Program-made: the position numbers and the translations under genes
Part shown: piece by piece, positions 56,105 through 64,000 of the stretch
Layout of the letters: every line of letters starts with the position of its first letter
Numbering within the stretch: position 1 is the first letter of the stretch
From: Octopus sinensis
Lineage: Eukaryota
Reading direction: 5' to 3'
DNA: 64,000 bases
Assembly: GCF_006345805.1 (NCBI RefSeq)
Contig: NC_042997.1
Coordinates: forward strand, 158,906,001 to 158,970,000
Notes under the pieces: generated by a model
Database searches by the model: none
The model's input: the letters and a program-made list of their open reading frames with translations, nothing else
What the model was told of the DNA's origin: nothing

Positions 56105-56315
56105 CCTTTCTACTATAAGCACAACGCCTGAAATATGGGGGAGGGGACTAGTCGATTACAACGACCTCAGTGCATAACTGGTATCTATTTTATCAATCCG
56201 GAAGGAATGACAGGCAGAGTCGACCTCAACGGAATTTGAACTCAGAACGTAAAGAAGGACCAAATGCCGTTGAGCATTTTGACTGGTGTGCTCATGATTC
56301 AGCCAGCTTGCCGCC
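56105..56315 (-). mobile_element. SINE family A
   Basis: Reverse-complement homology to the 18763 array. Confidence 0.75.
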
Positions 56316-56317
56316 TT

Positions 56318-56402
56318 AATAATAATAATGATAATAATACGACTAATAATAATAATAATAATAATAATAATAGTAGTAGTAATAATAATATTAATAATAA
56401 TA

Positions 56403-56449
<47 letters not shown>

Positions 56450-56456
56450 AATAATG

Positions 56457-56497
<41 letters not shown>
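56318..56497. repeat. Compound (AAT)n/(GAT)n microsatellite
   Basis: Direct reading. Confidence 0.95.
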
Positions 56498-56498
<1 letters not shown>

Positions 56499-56871
56499 TA
56501 GTGTTAATCAAGAAAGAAAGCAAACGATGCTGGATCATAGATATAGCATGACAACAAGGTATGCGACAAGGAAGAAAAGTCGATTGATATGACAGGTTAG
56601 CATGGGAGGTTAAGCAGTTGTGATCGATGAAAGAGGCGGTAGTATAATCAATAATTGTCGGAGCCCTGGGAACAGTGAGTAAAAATCTTGAGAACCACAT
56701 GGAACAAATAGGGACTGCAATAAGGATGGAGCACTTACAGAAAACAACACTGCTTGGAACTGCTCGAATACTCTGATTGGTGCTCGAAAAATAAGGAGTG
56801 TTACCTTAGTTCACTGGTAGTGAACATCTGGCACCGTAGTACATCTCCAGCGTTAGAAGCTGTGTAAAGAC
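56498..56871 (+). mobile_element. 5'-truncated R4/Dong-like element: restriction-like endonuclease domain and 3' UTR
   Basis: Peptides IVLIKKESKRCWIIDIA, IIVGALGTVSKNL and LQKTTLLGTARIL. (AAT)n-like sequence lies on both sides. Confidence 0.8.
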
Positions 56872-57279
56872 AATAAATAATAGTAGTAGTAATAATAAAT
56901 ATTCTAACTTTGACTTACATTCCAAAATAAAGCGACCAGCGATTCAGTTTATCTTATGACGTGACAATATGCTTTTCTACAGATTCCAGAAGGGTGAAAG
57001 GAAAATTCTATCCAGCTGTAATACATATATGTGGTGATATTCATTCAGTTCATTACTGTACATTTTCCTGTGTGCCATACTCTTGAGAAAATTTAATAAC
57101 TCCTAAAACTGGTACAGATACAACAAAAGAAAATTCTTAGAGGATACTGCAGTCAATCAACTCTATTCCAGGACTTTAATAATACGTATGTATTAAACAT
57201 TGAAGGACTAAAAGCTTTATGTATCCGGTTGGAATTTTAACTCAGGTCCTGAGGCAAAGTTACTAAATAATTCTTTCTA

Positions 57280-57430
57280 CTATAGACACAAAGCCTGCAA
57301 GCAATTTGTGGTAGGGGCTAGTTGATTACATTGATGCCAGCGTTCGACTAATACTTATCTTATCGACCCTTAAAGAATGAAAAGCAAAGTCGATTTCGGT
57401 AGAATTTTGAAACCAGAAGGTAAAGACGGA
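57280..57430 (-). mobile_element. SINE family A fragment, diverged
   Basis: ttatcgaccct.aaagaatgaaaagcaaagtcgat matches the family A body. Confidence 0.65.
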
Positions 57431-58784
57431 CGAAGACATTTTTACAGGTGCCTTATTAAATCTACAATCTGCACTATTCCTGTGCTAATTATACTAATAG
57501 TACATATGTTTTGAAGACGTTACAAAAATCACTAATTAAACATTAGCTGGTTACACTTTACGATCCATAGAGACATAAGTTCTTTTTTTAATTTATGTTA
57601 ATGACACGTAATGTATTATTATTGTAATTACATCTCATCGTATGACATTGGAAGTATATAACAAAATAAATAGTTATTAAACCAGTAAAAATAAACAAGA
57701 AATCATTATATGCAATCGTACAATAGAACATACATCTGAACATTTACAATTTGAATGTTCTGATTTCGTCTAAGTTCAACAAATTTTTCAAAAACCACGA
57801 AAATATTTTGAAACGTATTTGCTAAACCGCTATTTTAATTACCAGTTTTCAACATTTAGATATTTTCCATCACAATTTCGTATTTATTTTCTGATAAATT
57901 TATTTGTTTAATTTTTTTCAAATTAACACTGTGTTTGATGTTGCTAATTACATTCGACTGCTTTAGGAAACAACTGAAGAAAGTAACACATCGTGCTATT
58001 AAGAAACCATTTTGGGGAAGAAGCACTTAACGTCGGAAATATATCTTTTTTATTGTTTTACTTCACACAAAAGAACGGTATTTTGGGAAATTTGGAAAGT
58101 GAAAACTGAGATGTTCATGCCTTTCTTGCGATAGAAACAACTAATAAAAGATTTAAAAATAGCGATGTAACTAAAATAAATTGATTTTATGACGAACATA
58201 GTTACTGAAACACAAAACTGAGTTATAGAACATTGCATTTTAATTGTAAGTCGCTTGCCACCTAACTAAATGAATAATGATCTATTGAAGCAGCTAAAAG
58301 ATTCTACTGTTGTGGCGTCCACTGCAGGCAACAGTCATGAGAAATTGTTCTTATTGTCCCATTTTATTTATATCTTATATTGTATTATATTTTATAATAC
58401 AATATGTCGTATTTATAAAGATAGAATGGTGTGGTTTTAGGGGAATTTGACGTTTATGGTTAGCATGTCGAGAAATAACGTAGAGATTTAGCAGCAGTCT
58501 AGTCATGTGTGTATATGGACACAGCACTACACACTAACGAATTATCATGTATTTAATACTGTGTGCAGTAGTTCGCTACGAAGTGTCACAAAAAAATATT
58601 TATTTACAGTAGTTTCCTGATCATGCTGAAAGCATAAAATACTTTAAGATCTTCGTTTATTTTGTTTTGCTCACTTTTTGTTTTTCTTTCTTGCTACTTT
58701 TTATTCTTTTTTCAGTAGACAAAAACTTTAACATCCTTAGTTAGCATAAATAACGGTTTTTTTTATTCTTTACTATTTTTTCAG

Positions 58785-58905
58785 GATAGAGATATCGGAG
58801 ATCTAATGTTCTCCTTGAGTTACCTTTCTAGCGCCGAAAGATTAACTGTGGTTGTTGTAAAATCAAGAAACCTGGAACACACAGAAAAGGGTAAAATCAC
58901 TCTCG
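58785..58905 (+). CDS. Synaptotagmin (Syt-alpha-like) C2B domain, first exon
   Basis: Acceptor ttttttcag| and donor G|gtaggt. Encodes DRDIGDLMFSLSYLSSAERLTVVVVKSRNLEHTEKGKITL. Phase 1 joins the next exon to give DPYVKV. Confidence 0.92.
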
Positions 58906-59662
58906 GTAGGTATTTATTTACTTCATTATTTTATTCTACACTTTAATCATATTGCTTAGATTACATAAATCAAAATGTAAATGTTAATCAAAACAGTTAT
59001 TTTGTCAAAGTATAGCAGTGTCTTGTTTGTTTGTTTGTTCTTTTTTTGCAGCCATGTAGATCCCTAAAACAAACAAATATTAATTATACAATAATACTCT
59101 CTTTACAAGAAATATTCTTATACACTTTGTGCTGAGCCAATATGAGTTAAGCAAACAACTCTTTCTAGTATGCCATCTCTTATGCTATAGAATAATTCTA
59201 CTTGTTTCCGTCTCATCCACATCTGTATTTCTAAAAGTCTCCTCTAATTCCACAAACAGCATGTATATTAATATATTTATACTGTAAAACACAGATCAAA
59301 TATTTATTAGATGGGAGACATAACAAATTTACAGTGGAAATATAATTTACTGAATCCACAAGTATATTCTATCCAACGACCTGGAGGTCTAACGACTTCC
59401 AAACCTCGAAGCCTTTTAAACATAGTATGAGGATATTAGTGAGTATCTTCCCTATTCTACCTATTCTAATCATTCTCTGATAGATTTGAATATCGATTTC
59501 GAGTACATCGAACAACGAATGAAGACAAACACGAAACAGGTGACGTTTAAATTTAGAAGGTAAATGGATATAGGTAAATACTACATCGTATTTTGTTCGA
59601 TGTTCTAAAGACTCCTGCAAGTCATCCGGCTAAGGAATAGAAGGAGGGAGAAAAGGAGAAGT

Positions 59663-59729
59663 AACAGAAGAAGAAGAAGAAGAAGAAGAAGAAGAAGAAG
59701 AAGAAGAAGAAGAAGAAGAAGAAGAAGAA
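59663..59729. repeat. (GAA)n microsatellite
   Basis: Direct reading. Confidence 0.95.
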
Positions 59730-60890
59730 GCGATATTGGAGAATGCCAAGCAGTTCAATACCAGGGATAATTTAATATGCTTCTTTCTGACTGCAACAAA
59801 AAATATGACATCGATTGGTTATTCCATTACGCATGACACACATTTTAAGATATCTTATTTGTATATATAAATACAGTACAGTAGGCTAAAAGAACACATA
59901 TAAGTTCTACTTTTACTGTTGAATAGTCTCGTCTAAGCCCGCGTAAGAAGAACAACAGTGATGCTATGAAGAACCTGCAGCGACATTAGTTGGTTATTCT
60001 TAAATGATACATTTTTTTAAGTATCAAGAATACAAGTCTAAAAACGGAAGAAAATCAGAGCGACAACTGTATACTTAATGCCGTGAATTACCTACAATAT
60101 TTGCTGACATTAACCATATGTAATTATTCTACTACATATGTTTTCATTGGTCAATAATCGAATAGGGACTATAAACAAACAAAGCATGGGTATTAATATG
60201 AGATTGATTCGGTGCTACAGTCGCAATTTCAAACAATTGAAATATAAAAGTAACTTGCTGAGAATATGATACATAGAATTATGATCAAACTCGACATCTT
60301 TAGAAACGAATGAATTAGTTTACAATGACACTCTTAACAAGAGACAGGACTTAACATCACGTGATTCATATCTGAAAGAAAGAGAAGACACTTATGATCA
60401 CGAGAAAAACTGGTTTGCATTTTCTGTGCAAATTTTACACGAAGAGTTTTACAAAGCACAACTGATTGACAACAGTATAAAGCGAAAATTTTGTGAGAAA
60501 ATAACTTTGAGCTAAATGTCACATTGAATCCTGGCAAAATGATTAAACAAGGAGATGTATTCTCAAAGGCAAAAGCATATCTGATATCGAAATAGAATAC
60601 ATAAAAGAAATAATTCCTAACGAAAAATGAAATAACAGCACAAAACAGTGAAAACAAAAACAACGTGAACGTAAATGGAAATAAAGAGTAAAACACAATA
60701 AAAACACTAGACTTCCTACAAAATTCCAACCAAATTCCCACAAACCTCAGTTAAAAGATAGATAATAATTATAATATTAATATGTATTAGTAGTGTTTTA
60801 GTGTCTGTGTAAAGTCGATTGGGATTGGCCTTGAGACAATGACTATCGACTTTAGCGTTTCATCCTTCCAGGTTCTATAAAATGAAAATT

Positions 60891-61285
60891 CTTTTCTACT
60901 CAAGGCACGAGGCTTGAAAGTTTGTACGGAGGGAGCCAATCGATTACATCGTCCCCAGTACACCACTGGTACTTTTTATCGACCCCGAAAGGATGAAAGG
61001 CAATGTTGACCTCGGCGGAATTTGAACACAGAACACAAAGACAGTTGAAGTACCTATTTCTTTACTACCTACAAGGGACTAAACACAGAGGGGACAAACA
61101 AGGACAGGCAAACGGATTAAGTCGATTACATCGACCCCAGTACATAACTGGTACTTATTTAATCAACCCCGAAAGGATGAAAGGCAAAGTTGACCTCGGC
61201 TGAATTTGAACTCAGAACGTAACGGCAGACGAAATACCGTTAAGCATTTCGCCCGGCGTGCTAACGTTTCTGTCCGTTCGCTGCC
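60891..61285 (-). mobile_element. SINE family A (duplicated core) with 18-bp target-site duplication
   Basis: ttctataaaatgaaaatt occurs at both 60873-60890 and 61286-61303. Confidence 0.9.
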
Positions 61286-61531
61286 TTCTATAAAATGAAA
61301 ATTACCTGAATCATCATTGAGGATGATCTAACAGTTTATACCTAACTTGAAACAAGTATAGACGGTTATGTACCTGTGTTACAAATCAAAATTTATACGA
61401 TTTTGTCAAAGATTGTCTTTATAAATGTATTTAGTCGTTATTTTTCTATGGATAGGTTTCGTTATTGCCAAAACTCTAATTACAATAATTGTCTAATTGT
61501 ATCTTTTTTCTGTTTTTTTTTCTTTTTTTAG

Positions 61532-61833
61532 ATCCCTACGTAAAGGTAACCCTTATATATGCAGGAAAGAAAATTAAGAGGAAGAAGACAACTACAAAAC
61601 GAAATACGCATAATCCTGACTGGAACGAGGCATTGGTGTTCAATTTGAGTCGAGAATACATTAAAGAGATCACAATTGAGCTAGTTATTTACCATGACAA
61701 CAAGATCGGAAATGATGAAATACTTGGCAAAGTATTACTTAACCCTCATTCCACTGGCGAAGAGAAGATACACTTAGGTGATATGATTGTAGGCAAAAGC
61801 ACTGGTCCCCGCTGGCATAAACTCACAATGTAA
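61532..61833 (+). CDS. Synaptotagmin (Syt-alpha-like) C2B domain, terminal coding exon
   Basis: Long poly-T acceptor ...tttag|. Encodes DPYVKVTL...KKIKRKKT...NPDWNEALVF...WHKLTM*, including the polybasic patch and the WHxL motif. Confidence 0.95.
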
Positions 61834-62199
61834 ACTTCATGATTTCTCTAGTTGAGAGCAATGTTCTTGTATCAATGAATAGAGATGCTGTTATTGAATC
61901 ATTGAAATTTTAAAAATATTATGATTCAAGAAAAAAGCAAGTGATTTCATTTGTTTTCAGAAATGAAATTAGCAAAGGAAATGCTATGAGAAGGAACTCT
62001 GGGAGAATGTTTGACTTGTAACTGAAGAACATTATTATTCTCATAACCAAGTAAGCTGAAAACGAATTATCTTGAAATATATTTGAAATCGAACGATAAA
62101 AAAACCCCTACAGATTCAGAAAAATTTATATTTCCAATTATTTTAATATTTGTTTTATCCCAATACATGAGAATGAAAAACAAACGAAAAAAAATTGAA

Positions 62200-62205
62200 A
62201 ATAAA
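62200..62205 (+). terminator. Possible polyadenylation signal (AATAAA) of the synaptotagmin gene
   Basis: A hexamer about 370 nt after the stop codon. It is common by chance in AT-rich DNA. Confidence 0.2.
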
Positions 62206-62624
62206 TCTAAAAGCCAATCAGGAGAAAATGTTCTTTGATAAATAAGTGAATTATATGGAATAATATTGGTCTTTGTAATACTTGTTTCCCTGTAGTTATT
62301 TCTAGCACTGAGTAAGAGAAACAGTTTGAAATATTGTCAACACGCAAAAACAAAAAAAAAACAACTTAGAAAACAGAATGAATGCTTTTCGTTCATATAT
62401 TCCTAGTATATTTGAAAAAAACATTTCTTTTATCTTCCAACTAATATACATGCATCAACATTTAGTCAACACAATCATAATGTAATTGTGTTTTGCTGAT
62501 ATCATTCATCGTCCTTTCAGTAGTTATTACATCGACTGGAGTATACAGGTGTAAGAGAATGGAATTAGACGTATGGAATTGATATTCTAATTCATATATA
62601 TAATCCCATTAATGTTTATATTAT

Positions 62625-62625
62625 A

Positions 62626-62711
<86 letters not shown>

Positions 62712-62864
62712 TAAGCATGTATTTCCATATATATGTGCATATAATTTAATATCTATGTGTATGTTTGCGTTCGTATGTGTTCGCCCCGTATGTGTCTTCA
62801 AGATCTCGAATTGTATGATCACGTTTCAACACGTCAGTTTCCCCTGTAAACTGCAATATAAATA

Positions 62865-62950
<86 letters not shown>
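62625..62950. repeat. (TA)n microsatellites (62625-62709; 62866-62950)
   Basis: Direct reading. Confidence 0.95.
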
Positions 62951-62952
<2 letters not shown>

Positions 62953-63656
62953 GTATGTATGTACGTATGTATTATGGAAAACTATATGTGAATTAGATAT
63001 CGAGCAGGATTAATTCAGTAAAAAGTGAAAATCTAATGATGAAATATTACAATTTTGTATTTTTGTAGAACGAGATATTGTTTAGAATTTCCTTAGATTA
63101 TAAAACATTATTCTTTTTAAATGTTTTAGCATTTCTTATTTACTATTCTCTTCACCACATAAATTGCATATTCATTAGGACGAAGTTTCATATATCCATT
63201 TATCTGTTGTATAATGTATCCATTTTGGTGAGTTCAGTATATAATTGAAGAAAAGAAGCATAAACAAATTAAACGTATATATAATATATTTCGAACTCAA
63301 TATGGTTATATTCAAGTCATTTATAAAGACATGCAAATAAAATAATTTTGCATGCCTACGTACAATTCATCAACCACTTTGAAAATAAAAGCGTCAAAGT
63401 AAATGAAGTTATATAATTTTTTTTTTTTTCCGAAATTAACTACAGTTTTCTGATTCTATAAAATCAATTTCTTTATCAACAAACTTTCTAATTCTTCAAA
63501 ATCTTATCAAATATCTATCCGCGAAAAGATATCGGATATTGTGCGAACGCATTTATACAAAATTAAACCAACAACATTCTACTTTGAATTCTTCTGCAAA
63601 CATGTAAAGTTACATATTGATTTTCTTTCAAGTTGAATAATGGATTTGAAATGATG

Positions 63657-63714
<58 letters not shown>

Positions 63715-64000
63715 TAATAATAATAATTTCTAACGTAGGCATGATGCCATTTTTTGTTGTTAAATGATATTTGAATTTATGCAATATATGACTGGTATTA
63801 TATATATTTCATCGACTCAGGGGATGGGAACACAAAGTTGCCATGGACGGGATATGAACGCGAAAAGTAAAGAGCTAGAACAATTACAACAAGGTTCTTT
63901 GTTGATGTCCAAGTGATTGTGCAAATCCACCTATCTTAGTAACAATAATGATATTTTTTATGTAGTCAGAAGGTCAGAAAGTTTGCAGAAAAGGAACAGT

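Overview
This is AT-rich, microsatellite-dense eukaryotic DNA. The repeat families suggest an octopod cephalopod, which is an inference. The only well-supported host gene is the 3' end of a plus-strand synaptotagmin (Syt-alpha-like): two exons encoding C2B at 58785-58905 and 61532-61833. A possible transmembrane exon lies at 2757-2842, but I could not find C2A exons. The rest is intronic or intergenic and full of mobile-element relics. These include a full-length defective mariner with TIRs and TA TSD, other mariner fragments, a hAT/Charlie 3' half, R4/Dong-, RTE- and CR1-like LINE fragments, two Penelope-like elements (PLEs; RT + GIY-YIG), and at least four tRNA-derived SINE families. The main signal is a set of hammerhead-ribozyme (HHR) motifs in PLE-type terminal-repeat fragments. 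(i) Several are minimal type I HHRs. (ii) A tRNA-headed SINE-like unit carries an HHR tail. (iii) In both ~205-bp direct repeats of a non-coding mini-element (2950-3922), all HHR core segments and three helices occur in a reversed, non-circularly permuted order. Many of these fragments sit in fold-back palindromes. All analysis was by eye. Repeat boundaries are approximate unless a TSD or TIR is quoted, and no ribozyme activity is demonstrated.
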